Below, in pieces: positions 1 to 13,066 of a stretch of 64,000 nucleotides of DNA. The stretch spans positions 48,422,001 through 48,486,000 of the forward strand of contig OX597819.1 of the NCBI GenBank assembly GCA_951406725.2, written 5' to 3'. The position numbers and the translations under genes were made by a program. A model generated the notes under the pieces. That model saw only the letters and a program-made list of their open reading frames with translations. It did no database searches and was not told the DNA's origin. The first letter of the stretch is position 1. Every line of letters starts with the position of its first letter. This DNA comes from Octopus vulgaris. Its lineage: Eukaryota.

Positions 1-3000
1 TTTGTGGGTTAACAAGGCTACCAACGGTTTCATGCAGACAATCTCAACAATTATCAAGGCTGCCAGATGAGAACATTGTTGAACACTTGTTCTCACTGTT
101 TGATATTAGTGTATATTCAACTGTTTTTTTAAGAGTGTTTTTTTTTTTTGCATGCTTTCATGGGTTACATGTTTTACTGCTGGATGCCCTTTCTGTTGCT
201 AACCCTTACTTTTTTTCTCAGCAAGGGATCTCTGATTCTGCATGACTTGAAAGATGTGAAGCAAGCAGATGGTCATTTGAAAAGAGGACCGACAACAACA
301 GCACACAGAAACTTTTGGAGAATCAAGTAAAATGTAAGTCCACACACACAACTGGCTAGGATGTTGCACTCCCAATTGCGAGATAGGGTTTCAGTTCCCA
401 GACCAGTGGTGTATTGTATTCTTATGTTGCAAATGGGTCACCAACCCTGTGACAGACTGGCATGCTGTTCAGTGGGAATGGACTATCCACTAAGCTAGCA
501 ATGTGGCATCATTTGAAAGCTGAAACAATACATAGTGCATTTTGATTAGAGGTGTGTAACATTTGGTAGTCTGGTCTATACTATTATAGTACTACACCAC
601 ACATATGCCTGATGGTCTTATTTCAGTTTCTGTCAACCCACTTACTCACAAGGTTATATAGCACAAGACCTATTTGTATGCATGTATCATCATCATCATC
701 ATTTTAATGTCCACTTATCTAATGTTTGCATGGGTTAGACAGAATTTATTGCAGTACATTTTCTGTAGCTGGATGCCACCCTCACCGGTTTCCAAGCAAA
801 GTAATATTTACCCCATAGTCAAACAGATTATCACAGAAAACTAGAAATGAACAATACTATGACAGTGATGACTACTTGCAATCATTACATGATGTCAAAT
901 CAAGGGCGTACATATATATGGTGGGCCTCTTTCAGTCTATCAACAAAATCCCACTCACAAGGCTTTGGTTGGCCCAGTACTACTGTAGAAGACACTTGCC
1001 CAAGGTACTGTGCAGTAGGACTGAACCTGAAATCACAATCCAGTCAGGATCACTCTCTTTTTCAAATGCATCTATTACTATATTATCAATTTTTATATCT
1101 TACAAAAAAAAAAAAAGAAAAAAAAAACCCAAAATAGTAGGTGTGTGTGAGTTGAAGGAGATTTGGTTACTATTTCTAGCAATCAAACCACAAAAAATGT
1201 CCCCTTGAAGATGATGGTAGATGCAGAAAGTGTAAGAATGCAACCAGACTGGCAACAGATTGGATTAAATGTCCCCAGTCTAGATTACAGGGATTTTCTT
1301 TTTGGTGGGTTCATAAGAATTTTTAGGCCAAGATTCAGTCTCCTGAGGATTTCTTAAAGCTGAGAGATATAGTAGGATTTAAGATAGATTTGTATACAAA
1401 CTATATGCAGAGGACCATTTTAAAAAAAAAATTATTTTATGAGGTTTATAATTTAAGAGGCTGAGTATTTGAATCTAATTACATGCATTATGTAGTTGTT
1501 TAACCCTAGGTTAACCTTAATCAAGCATACCTATGATCAAAGACATAATATTCCATCTTTTAGGGTTATACATAGTTAATGTGTCTCCCCCCAACTCCTA
1601 GATATATATTTTTTAAAGATAACAGACTATGATTAGAATTGGCTACTATTTTTAGGAGATCAAAGCTACCTCTTTGTTTCAGGCTAAGGCACTTCTCTCT
1701 GTTTGGCATTAAGTCCCATTCCTACTTCATGGCTGAGTGGTTAGCAGTAGAAAAATCCCACAGACTGATATCTCATAAAGCTGGAGGAAGAGGATGGAGG
1801 TCTTCTGACATCAATGACATCATTGAAAACTTTTCTTTCTACAGTGATTCAAAAGAAGACTTACAGTTTCCTGTTGCCCCCACTATATTTAATAGTGTTT
1901 GAGTTTACACTAGGCACCAATTAAAAATTCATCTACACTGTTTATAGTGATAAGTTATTCCTCATCCTGGTACCTATATACAACCAAGAAGCCTGGGTCA
2001 CCAAGACATAGCACAGTGTCAGCAGCAAAATATTAATAGCTGAATCTTTGGCTAACAAACAAGCATCTTATAGATTCAGTCAGTTGATAGTCGAAGACAA
2101 TAATAGCAAAATGAAAATATAAACAATTATACTCACCGACAAAGTGAGTGTGCTTATACGTATGTGTGTGCATGTGCACACATGTATACGTGTGTTCATG
2201 TGTGAGAGCATATGTATGCGTGTGAGTGTGTGTGTATTATCAAGCTTTAGCTTAATTGAAAAAAATAATCGAGACAGTGTTTACCCCTCTAGGAGACTTT
2301 CCAGTCTGAAACAGCAGGATAACTAAACAACTTTGTCTACGACTTAAATTTAGCAGACCTAATTTGAGATGTAGCTAGCTAGCACACGTGGCAACATGTG
2401 GTAGAAAGCTAGCCTAGCCTAGGAATCAGGTTTGATATCTAGCCACTCCAAGTTCAAACCTTGACAGATCCAAATGGACCTTTCTTCTGCCACATGTTGA
2501 TAAAGTAAATACTAAAAATCTTTTTTGTTTTTATTTGTTGAATCTAGAAGAAGGGACAGAGCCCCTAACTTTTACAGGCCCTCTGTGACTAGTGAAATTG
2601 GTGCCATTGTTCTGATCAACACATGTATAACAGACAAGAGTGATGTGGAGATTTCAGATACTGGTGTGAATTTATTTCAATATATCTGTGTCCCAATAAA
2701 ATTTGCAATAAGCCAGGTCAAAAGGCATCATTATTCAGTTATACTATTATAATAGTGGGTTTGGTCTTTATTAATAGAGTCAGATTAGATGCTTTTTAAA
2801 ATTCATTCTGGCACCCCTTGACTAGATTCCAATATCAACAAAATTTATAGAGCAATTACAAGTAACAGACATCTGTTGTTAGAGCCTATGTATGAGAGAA
2901 CAGAAGATAAAATTGTCCAGCCCTCTTAAAACTGTATTGCGATGTCTTCTCTCTTATATACATAATATACACCATATATATGTATATGTGAGTGTGTGTG

Positions 3001-3521
3001 TGTGAAGTAGAGGCAAAAATCAATTGAAGACATACTCTAGTTATTATTGTGAAATCAAAGATCTTCATTTACACTGTACTTCCAGATTTCTTGAGAATAA
3101 ACAGATGGTATTTATCAACTGAAGTGACACCTAACATTTATAAGTTCAATTTCTCACACAAAGAAAACAATTGTTTCTGTTATTTTTAACAAGTTCCATA
3201 CCAAACTTCCTTCTATACATCTAGATAATCAATATATATATATATATATATATTTTTTTTTTTGCCAGAGTAAAATGTCATCTAAACCATGAGAGGTTGG
3301 ATAGTAGGTAGGTGCTTTAGCTCTGGTTTTATGGTATTAAATAGACAAGATATAAAACTTATGCTGGACAGAGTCACAGCCTATTAGAGGTAATATTTCT
3401 AGACAGAATGGCAGCTGTCCCCTTGAAATAAAATTAAACAGAATGAAATATACTACCAAAAACATTGTATTTTATACACTTGGTGCTTCCAATTCTACTG
3501 TTTTTCTTAGCTATTAATCTC

Positions 3522-4040
3522 AAAGCCTTGTGAGTGGATTTGTTAGACAAAAACTGAAAGATGGCAGCGAGCTGGCAGAAACGTTAGTACGCCGGGCGAA
3601 ACGCTTAGCGATATTTCATCTGTCTTTACGTTCTGAGTTCAAATTCTGCTGAGGTCAACTTTGCCTTTCATCCTTTTGGGGGTCGATAAATTAAGTACCA
3701 GTTACGTACTGGGGTTGATGTAATCGACCTAACCCCTTTGTCCTTGTTTGTCTCCTCTATGTTTAGCCCCTTGTGGGCAATAGAGAAATAAGAAACTGAA
3801 AGAAGCCAGTCATATATGTGTGTGTATGTTTGTTTGTCCCTCATTGCTTGACAATTGGTGTTGGGATGTTTATGTCCCCCATAACTTAGCAGATTGGCAA
3901 AAGAGACTGATAGAATCAGTACCAGACTTTACAAAAAAAAAAATTAAGTATTGGAGTTGATTTGTTAGACTAAAATTCTTCAAGGCAGTTCCCTAGCATG
4001 GCCTCAATCTAATGACTGAAATAAGTAAAGGATAAGATAA
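3522..4040 (+). mobile_element. Older SINE (family A, 3' part), split by the 3562-3792 insertion
   Basis: AAAGCCTTGTGAGTGGATTTG...AAACTGAAAGAAGCC...ATGACTGAAATAAGTAAAGGATAAGA matches the reverse complement of the copies at 8853-9205 and 41022-41373. Confidence 0.8.
3562..3792 (+). mobile_element. Young tRNA-derived SINE inserted into an older SINE
   Basis: It has a tRNA-like head (GGCAGCGAGCTGGCAGAA...GAGTTCAAATTCT) with retained CpGs and is flanked by an 11-bp direct repeat AAACTGAAAGA at 3551-3561 and 3793-3803. Decayed minus-strand relatives lie at about 25860-26080, 40020-40190, 57120-57320 and 60650-60890. Confidence 0.85.
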
Positions 4041-4478
4041 GCAATGTAACTAAGACTGCACTCTCCAATATAATGGCAAACCTCAATTTATGTTGTTTTA
4101 AGTTATGTCATTTTTAACATCACGTAATTTTTTTAAAAAGAAATTAATGAAAAATAAACCCCAACTTCAGTCAATTTATCCGATTTTATGTGGGTCTTAG
4201 CAAACATATCTAAAAACATAATGGAAAAAAATACACCTAAAAACCAACACCGGAATGGAAAATAAAATAAAATGTGAAAATATGTACAAAACATTTCTTA
4301 AAACAGATATAAGCTAATAATTTTTTTTAAATGATTTTCATGTTAATATTGTTTTTTGAATTAAGTTGTATGTCTTGGAACCAATTAACAGGTATGCCTG
4401 TATATTTCTGTAAGACACAGTGAATGATTTCAAGGATAACCAAATGCTATTTTTAGCAGGATGAATGACTACATAAAG

Positions 4479-4735
4479 TAGTGGTTCTTAAACAGTGTGC
4501 TGTGGATTGTTAAAAATATCACTTAAGATTTTAGAAAATCCATAGTAATGGCTTGAGTGTCCCGATAAACATGTTATTCATAATTTTGTACAAAAATAGG
4601 ATTAATAGAACAAGAAAAGCAACAATTTTTCTGTATATTTTTCTTCTAAATTTTAAGAGATTAGTTTAACTTTCCACGCAAAATGTGCCAATTATATTTT
4701 TTTTATTTAATCTCCAGCATGATTGAGAACCACTG
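4479..4735. mobile_element. hAT (Charlie-like) MITE
   Basis: TIRs are TAGTGGTTCTTAA and TTGAGAACCACTG. The 8-bp flanks ACATAAAG (4471-4478) and GCATAAAG (4736-4743) match at 7/8 positions, as expected for an 8-bp hAT TSD. Confidence 0.75.
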
Positions 4736-7700
4736 GCATAAAGGCTCCCTCATTGGTTCATGGCATTAAGCATCTTTTCAGTAAATGGAAGGAGTGCTAC
4801 AGTGGATTGATTCTACTTAAGTTGTTATTGTAACCACAGTCAACTTTGTCTAGTGGCTAAACCAAACATTTTCAGAATAAATGAATAATGCATATATAAA
4901 ATGTTTGGTGTGTCAGTCTGTCTGAATAAAACTTCTGTTATTTCACCAGTGCTCTGGCTGCTTTCATCTCATCAGTAAGGTTGGGACATGCTTAGAACTT
5001 AAACATGTGATTTTATTTTTTAAAGAGAAAAGGCAATTTATTGTGTGAGATTTAGCTGCAGTGCTAAGCAGATCAAATGACTTACATCAATGTTCTATAT
5101 CTGGCTAAACTCCAATACTTTAATTGCTACTTATTATATTGGCCCCCTAGAGTGATGAGAGATACCATCAAGGCATGAAAAATTCAAAATATGAAGATAT
5201 GAAGCTTGGATGTAAGAGAGTATGGTTCAGGTTTTTTTTAAAATTCATTTTGCCAATAACAAGACAATCTATTAAGAACAATGATAAAAAATTAATTTTG
5301 CAGGTCTCTATATTGAACTATATTACATTAAATAATTCTGCCTATATAACATTGAATGATGCCAGCTGGTTTTGATAATAAATACAAGCTATTGTATAAT
5401 TAACATCTTTCTGAATAAACACCAAATTCATTAAGAAAAATATTCTTTTTAGGCATGTGTATAGATGAAGCATAGTAAAAATTCTTAGAAATTACTGGTG
5501 TGTTATCAGAGTTCTGTTTCAGTGCTATACTGTGCAACAGAGTACATCTATAGATTTTGGTCAATACTGTATGTATAAGGATAAGCAAACATCTTGCTTT
5601 TATATACAATATCTTTGTACGCAGAAAAAGAGGGTGCTGGCTAGACCAGTTTCAGTCCTGGGTTGGGATTTCATCCTCTTCAACAGCTCATGAACACTAT
5701 TTATAAATCCACAATTACTAAGGACTCAAATTGGATAGGCAGATTTGAATATATAACAAACATTCTTAGCAGCTTATCTATCTTTTACTTGCTCCAGTCA
5801 GTAGACCATGGTCATGCTGGGGCAACTCTTTGAGGAATTTTAGTTGATTGATTTGACCACAGTACCTATTTTTTTGAAAACTAGGCACTTATTTTATCAG
5901 TTTCTTTTGCCGAACCACTAAGTTACAGGGATGTAAACAAACCAACACTGGTTGTCAAGTGGTGGTGAGGAACAAACACAGACACAAAGACACATACACA
6001 ATGGGTTTCTTTCAGTTTCCCTCTACCAAAGTATTTTGTTTCATTACTATATAGTACTAATTACAGATTTTAGCCAATGCTCCCTCCCTTTCTCTCTCTC
6101 TCTCTATTTTATCTTTTCAGATGTAAAAACATCTGCTGTCTTTTAGATTAAAGTATACAGAAAATGTTAGGCTCTATAAGATTTTAAATCACATCATACC
6201 CTTGTAACAAAAAGGACACATTGAACAATGTAATCCTAGATATATTAAGACATGGGGTGGTCACTGATTGAACACTTTTTCAGTCAGACTAACTTGGAAC
6301 TAAACAGCAACAATAATAAGTAAATTTAGTAATTGTCAATAAAGGAATTCATGTCTCCCGATTATTCCTTAGCTCAGAAGGTCAAGAATAGAGAGAATGC
6401 TAAATTTAAGGCAGCAAGTTTTTAACATGAATTATCTTCTAGAAAGAACATAGATGCAAGCAAGCCTTTGTGATTATGAAGCTTGCTTTGTAGCTCCATA
6501 GTTGCAGGTTCAGTCCCACTGAGTGGTACCCTGGGCAAGTGTCTTCCACAACAGTTCCAGGTTGTGTGTGTGTATCATCAACATCATTATCTTAATGTTC
6601 AATTTTCCACAGCTGCATGCTCTTCCTGTTGTCAATCTTCACCTATTTCCAAGTATGGTAATACTAGGTTGAGGAAAAGTTTGAGCACAGTGAGTCACCA
6701 TTGAACATGACATGAACTGAATGAACACACACACCACAAAAATATATAAATAAAGCATTATTTTAACATGGCACACACTTTTTCCTCAACCTAATATTTC
6801 TCTATAACTAGGCATCTTTTATATGGAAGACCAGAAATGAAGGATACTGCTTGCAAGATGGTGTGTATACACACACAAGGTTTCTTTTCAGTATATGTAT
6901 GTGAATGTTTCTATCACCTTATACTAATTGTTAACAAACATCACCATCTTACAAGTGATATTCTTTGTTTGCAATTTAAAAACATGTCTAAACCTAGGAA
7001 AAATTATTATCCAGTCATAGAAACCTGCCTCAACAAATGTTGCCTGACCCACGCAAGCATAGGAAAGTAGGCGTTAAAACAATGATGGTCATGATGATGA
7101 TGACAACTCTGAATTCATTTCAACTATTATGCCTTCTCAGAAATTTGGAAATAAAAGAAACAAGAATTGTAAAATGTATATTTAGTTATTAATTCATTCC
7201 ATTGCCTCTTTTACCAATCTTTACAAAAAAGCTTCCTTTCTAACCTGATGAGGTTCCTTTATTCTTTATCAACAGTTATTTATAATGGTAATTCCAAAAT
7301 AGAAGACAGAGCTAAAAATTAGTTACTTCATGTGCAGGTTGGCTTGGAAATCAAAATAGATCTTTAATAAAATAAATTCAATTTAAAAAAACGTGATTTG
7401 AATAACCAAAGACAATATAAGCAATTCAATGATGAATTCCCACCTCTCTCCCAAAACTGATCATATGATAAAATCAGTTCTCTTTTATTCTTCATGGTAT
7501 TTTAATCAATTTGTATAATGGCACAATTCATCTTGGATTTTCGGCAGAAAGTCAAGATTAAATACAGACCAAACTACTATATTTATAATCATACAGAATT
7601 TTGGCAGCAATAGAGAATAGCAATGAGGAGGGGGGTGTTTAAAAAATTCTCTCTTAAAAGACTGTAAATTTTATTGACTTTCTAATATAACTGATTATGA

Positions 7701-7794
7701 AATAGTAAAAATTTGCCAACTGCAGAGTACCAATTATCTCGTGCTTCTACTGAGTCAAGTAAAATCAAATCACAATCAAAAATGGAAATTGTAT

Positions 7795-8067
7795 TTGTGG
7801 CTGGTGCTAGTGGCATGCAATAAGCACCATTCATGCGTGGGGCGTTGCCAGTGCCACATAAAAAGCACCATCTGAATGTGGCCGATGCCAGTGGCATGTA
7901 AAAAGCACCCACTACACTCTCAGAGTGGTTGGCGTTAGGAAGGGCATCCAGCTGTAGAAACATTGCCAGACCAGATTGCAGCCTGGAGCGGCCTCCTGTC
8001 TTGCCAATCCCCAGTCAAACCGTCCAACCCATGCCAGCATGGATAACAGACGTTAAACGATGATGAT
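7795..8067 (+). mobile_element. Retroposon with (GAT)n tail (family C; SINE or LINE 3' end)
   Basis: GGCGTTAGGAAGGGCATCCAGCTGTAGAAAC...CCAACCCATGCCAGCATGG...GTTAAACGATGATGAT closely matches the inverted copy at 42955-43300 and many decayed copies. Confidence 0.8.
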
Positions 8068-8852
8068 CTTATACATTCTATTAAGATAGAAACATGGAAA
8101 TATGTGCGTATATGGGTGTGCGATTGTGTGATTAAGAGGTTTATTTTGCAACTATGAAGTTTCAGGTTTGTTCTCACTGTGGTACCACAGGCAAGTATAT
8201 TCCGTTATAGCATTAGATTGATCAATGCCTTAAGATTGAAATAGATAAACAGAAATTGTACAGAAATCCATCATATACACATAAAATGCATATATGTATG
8301 TGTGTACGAGTATGTATTGACACTGTTTGTGTATTAGCATAAAGCAATTTTGTCCACTTAGGCAGCAGTGTTGTAAAAACATATCCATCCATTGAATGGT
8401 TTATGATGAAAATGACCAGGGAAATAAATATCTTATTTAGAAATGAGCAAGGTATGGCAACAGTAAGGTCATCCAGCCACAGAATATTGCTTTCTCCAAT
8501 CCATTCCAACATTAGTATGGAAAAATGTTGATGATGATACATACATATCACTCATGGACAACATTTAACTGACTTTCTGTATAGCATGATTATATGAATA
8601 TAAAAGCTTTTCTCTCAGAGGTATACTGCAAACTAGTCAGACCAAAATGTATACAATTAGGTATGGGGCTTGTAAATTTTTCTTGCAGCGGCACATTTAC
8701 GATTAAATATCTCAGGTGGTCAACAGGTTAAAAAAAAAAACATTTTTTGTACTTAAGATCATATGCCACACGCAGACACATGGAGGTATTCATTAAAATA
8801 CATTTTTTGACCAGTTAGATTAAACACATTCTGTGTGTGTGTGTGTGTGTAT

Positions 8853-9204
8853 AATCTTACTTGTTTCAGTCATTTGACAGCGGCCATGCTGGAGCACTGC
8901 CTTTAGTCAAGCAAAACGACCCCAGGACTTATTCTTTGTAAGCCTAGTACTTACTCTATCAGTCTCTGATGCCAAACTGCTAAGTTATTGGGACGTAAAC
9001 ACACCAGCATCGGTTGTCAAGCGATGTTGGGGGGGACATATATATGACAGGCTTCTTTCAGTTTCTATCTACCAAATCCATTCACAAGGCTTTGGTCGAC
9101 CCAAAGCGATAGTAGAGGACACTTGCCCAAGGTGCCACGCAGTGGGACCGAAACCGGAGCCATGTGGTTGGTGAGCAAGTTACTTACCCACACCACTCCT
9201 GCAC

Positions 9205-9205
<1 letters not shown>
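8853..9205 (-). mobile_element. Near full-length tRNA-derived SINE (family A)
   Basis: On the minus strand a B-box-like GTTTCGGTCCC is followed by GGCACCTTGGGCAAGTGTC and the body seen in many copies (about 930-1050, 5780-6030, 11420-11580, 14015-14175, 26230-26510, 37690-37850, 41022-41373). Confidence 0.85.
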
Positions 9206-9250
<45 letters not shown>

Positions 9251-9383
9251 GCTATTTGATACACAAACTGATCCATATAACCTTCGAACAGAGGTCCTGC
9301 ACCAGTAGGTGTGTGTGTGTGTGACAGCTTTATTCTTATATAAGAATGCCATATTATATGGCGATAACTATTATATATATATA

Positions 9384-9435
<52 letters not shown>

Positions 9436-9523
9436 AAAGTAAATACTGGGGTTGATTCATTTGACTCAAAAAATCCTGCTGCAGTTTAATGGCTGAACCA
9501 AGTAAAAGATAAAAGATATGTAT

Positions 9524-9854
9524 GTGAAAGCACATGACTTAGTCATTAGGGTATTTGGCTCATGATTGCAAGGCCATGAACTTGATTTCTGGTAGCACAT
9601 TGTGTCCTACAGCAAGACACTATTTCATGCTGCTCCAGTCCACTCAGCTGACAAAAAAAAAAAAAAAAAGACCTGTACCTGTAATTCAAAAAGGCCAACC
9701 TTGTTGTATTCTGTGTCATGCTGAATCTCACTGAAAACTATTTTAAGGGTACTATTTTGGAGTGCTCAGCCACTTGCATGTTAATTTCCCAAGCAGGTTG
9801 TTCCTTTGATCAGATTAGCTGAAACATTTGTTGTAACCAACAAAGTGTCAGTTT
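9524..9854 (+). mobile_element. tRNA-derived SINE with CORE-like central domain
   Basis: A tRNA-like head is followed by TGTGTCCTACAGCAAGACACT...GCTCCAGTCCACTCAGCTG. It belongs to the same family as the minus-strand copy at 17880-18203. Confidence 0.75.
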
Positions 9855-10585
9855 AGTTTAAACATACACATACCCAAAAACACATGCTTTCATTTACTGT
9901 CCATTTTGCATGCTTGTATGGATCACACACAATTTGGTGAGACATTTTCTACAGCTGGATGTCCTCCCTATTGCTAACCCTTACCTGTTTCCAAGTAAGG
10001 TAATTCATTATATATAAAATCCACTTACTACCATCAAACTATCTTGAAGAGGATGTATTAATGCTGTGTGCATGCAAAATGCTTCTTCTTTCTAGATTTT
10101 TAAATACAAATATTAGGGGTGTGCATTGTACTTAAAAATTAAGCATCTCCCCTTTCCCCTGTCAAGTGTTTCACCAGAGAAAGGATGGCATGGCTGCAGC
10201 TATGTTATGTTTATTGTTCAATCTAACTGATATAACAAAAAGTTAAACTCACAATAACAATGTTGCATTTTTCTATCATCGTAATAATATATTAAATATT
10301 TGGCATCTGCACCCCTTGGAATTACTGCTGCTAGGCTTAAGTATGGAAGGCTAGAATGCAATACTTTCATATTGAAAATACTATATTAAGTCAAGTAGTA
10401 TTTTCAATACTACTTGACCCAATGTGAAGATTAAATTAATAAATAATCAATAAGGATAAAACATAAATACTGTCATTATCAAGATGTGAATGTAAACTGA
10501 AAAAATATAAGTACCTCTGTTCCTGAAATACTGTAATTATTATAACGAACTATTATATATTTCCGTTGGAAGAACAAAAGTTACA

Positions 10586-10788
10586 GAGATGTACTTGCAT
10601 AGCAAGTGACCTGATCTGAGATCGTGTGCTGGGATGAAAACAATTACAGCGTGGATGGTGTTTATAAGCCATTTAAGAAACACAAAATCCGTTAGATTCA
10701 CTTTAAACATTTAAATTTAATTAGTCAAAATATTTTCATCGCTTTGAGACCGCGACCTGTTCACTGACAAAATTCTGTGCTGCATCTC
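10586..10788 (-). mobile_element. Short Penelope-like pLTR-type fragment carrying a hammerhead motif
   Basis: This is a CpG-retaining island with short inverted ends (GAGATGTA / TGCATCTC) and a minimal type I hammerhead-like motif. The Penelope assignment is inferred only from that motif; no RT or GIY-YIG ORF is present. Confidence 0.5.
10719..10774 (-). ncRNA. Minimal type I hammerhead ribozyme-like motif, G3:C8 variant
   Basis: The minus strand reads AATTTTGTCA GTGAACA G GTCGC GGTCTCAAA GCGAT GAAA ATAT T T TGACTAATT. This gives stem I GTCA/TGAC, core GUGAACA in place of CUGANGA, stem II GTCGC/GCGAT, GAAA, and a palindromic AATATT stem III. Confidence 0.6.
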
Positions 10789-11181
10789 AGTTGTTAGTAA
10801 AGAAAGTATTTACATTCTGCAATTTGTCTTTTATATTATACCCTGCCTTCTAAACTGGTTGACTTTTTGTATACGGGTACACTTTTACAGACTACACTGG
10901 TAAAGCCAAAAGGTCACTTTTGAATTTGCTATTAAAGTACATTCAAAATATGTATCATCAAAACAGATAGCAATTATCTGACTAAACATCTATTTTCTTT
11001 TGATCATATTACTGAAGAAAAAAAAAAAAAAGCATGTATTATACTGAAGAGGTTATTTCATGTTCAAGATTTCATAGCTCAGTATTAGTGGTGCACATTT
11101 ATTATACACCAATAAATACAGTATATATTATAATAGTTAAATTGACTATTTCGTTACAGGAACAAATTTTAACTATATCAT

Positions 11182-11218
<37 letters not shown>

Positions 11219-12259
11219 CTCTATATTTTACATTTATTGGGAATTCTTTACTCTATTTGTGATAATACTTTTCTTACTATACAAGAAATCAATATTGATA
11301 TAGCACAATAGTTTAGAAATGATGGTACTGGAATTCTGATCACATATATCAAATGGTATTTGCTGAGGTAGATTTCCCATGGCCTATTTCCACATAGCCA
11401 GACAAGGGTACAGACAAACACACATAATAGGTTTCTTTCAGGTTCTGTCTACTAAACACACTCACAGGGCCCTGGTGTATTGTAGAAAACATGCCCAAGG
11501 TGCAGCGCAGTGGGACTGAACTTGGGAGCACATGGTTGGAGACCAAGATTTTTCACCAAACAGCCATGACCGTGCCTATAAGTAATGTGCATCATTTTAA
11601 ATTGCCAATAGATTCCACACCTAATGTACTTTGTGTACGATAGCATCATACATCAAGACAAGGTAATGATAATTAGGACATACAATATAGATATTTTGTA
11701 TAATGACATGAGTCCATATTACCATGCATCATACTACATATCTTGTTCCCCCATTTATCACCCTCAGCTGTATGACACTATTAAATATCTCTGGATGCTC
11801 AAGCTTTTGTTTTGTTTAACTTTTCTTTCAATTAAACTGTTCAGGATTAATTACAGAAAAGTTATTACAAAAAGATAAGACTGAAAGAAGAGTTATTACA
11901 AAAGATTATAGGACTAAATTATCAGCAAAAGCCAGCAGTTTGTTATTCCAGCTTCTGCTGACCCAAATCATGAGGTGATAAAGTAAGTCCCACTTCAAGT
12001 ACAGAATAGATCTCCTAGACAGTTGTATATTCCATGTTGTACTTGATCTTTTAGGAAGCTTTGGGTGCAAAATGACTGCAGTTGAATTATTAGCATTTAA
12101 TTTAAAAAGGTACCTTAGCAATGTACTTAACTATGCTTACTCCAGTTTGCCTGATTAAAAAACTGTTTCCACCACTACCTTGCAGTGAGTGGTTAGTAAT
12201 AAGGGAGGGTTTTCAGCTGTAAAAACAATTACTCTAAAAAAAACAGATCATTCCACCTA

Positions 12260-13066
12260 CGAGGTGGTATCAAGGAGTTCCCAGACTAGTTATCTTTAAT
12301 AAAAAACAACTTATTTACCTAAATTTTAATATCATCTCCTTTGAAATAGTCACCCTGTGTAGCAATACAGCAGTCCCAGCATTCCTGTCACTTTTGGAAT
12401 CCAGCTTGGAAGTTGTTTTCCGTAAGTGATTTGAGGACTTTCAGTGATTTGCTCTTGATGACAGTTCTTCGAGCTGCATTTTCATCTTGGGGAAGAGATG
12501 GAAGTTTTCAGGTGCTAAATAGAGTGGATATGGAAGTGATACAATGTTGTTTGGGGTGAGAAACTCATGAGTGAAGAGAGCTCAGTGACAAGGTAGATTG
12601 TCATCCTGAAGAAACCAATTCTTCATGCTCCACAGATCTGGTTGCTTCCTCAAATGCTTCAAAACATCATCGATTGTCTTCTGACAAAACTCATGCACAA
12701 GCTGATGAATTTTCTCCACATTTCTGGGGGTGATGCTTGTGGCAGGTCTTCCTTTTTTGAAGTACCAGTACCACTTGAAATATTGCGTATGACCCATTGC
12801 TCCTTAGCCATAAGCTTGCTGAAGCATGCTCAATGTCTCTGTAGCAGACTTCCCAAGTTGGCTCTTTGTTCCAACTTCCTGTTCATGGCAAAAATCACAC
12901 AGACTACAGCATACACAAGATCACGAAAACACAAATTTCACAACTTGTGAAGTAAACACAGCAATGTCACTTGGTTTACTGCCTCATGAAGGTCACTGTC
13001 AGCTCTCACTGCACATGCAATTGTGTGCTGCCATCTGCTGGCATGCTACAGAACTAGTCTGGGAAG
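12260..13066 (-). mobile_element. Decayed, internally deleted Tc1/mariner element
   Basis: The left end is TA + CGAGGTGGTATCAAGGAGTTCCCAGACTAGT and a partial right TIR ACTAGTCTGGGAA lies at about 13053-13065. Minus-strand peptides GRPATS..NVEKIHQLV, PDLWSMKNWFLQDDNLPCH (cf. LHHDNAPAH) and WDCCIATQGDYFKGD (cf. GDYFEGD) are mariner transposase motifs. Confidence 0.9.

Noticed and set aside
222-333. Plus-strand exon-like segment (ttttttctcag ... gtaagt)
   Set aside because: The acceptor lies in a decayed SINE tail motif (GCTGGATGCCCTT...AACCCT...GCAAGG), the peptide is unrecognisable and no partner exons were found.
1965-2010. Minus-strand GGCTTCTTGGTTGT resembling the GFLGC codons of the next Smurf exon
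   Set aside because: It needs a frameshift, the flanking codons do not give KKQGA or the downstream residues, and no suitable splice sites are present.
4955-4980. Minus-strand CTGATGA-GAT-GAAA hammerhead core words
   Set aside because: Only 3 nt separate the core elements, so stem II cannot form, and stems I and III are not supported.
11906-12121. ORF ending LLAFADNLVL, reminiscent of an RT (Y/F)ADD motif
   Set aside because: It is a single short motif, the neighbouring RT motifs are absent or out of order, and the second Asp is missing.
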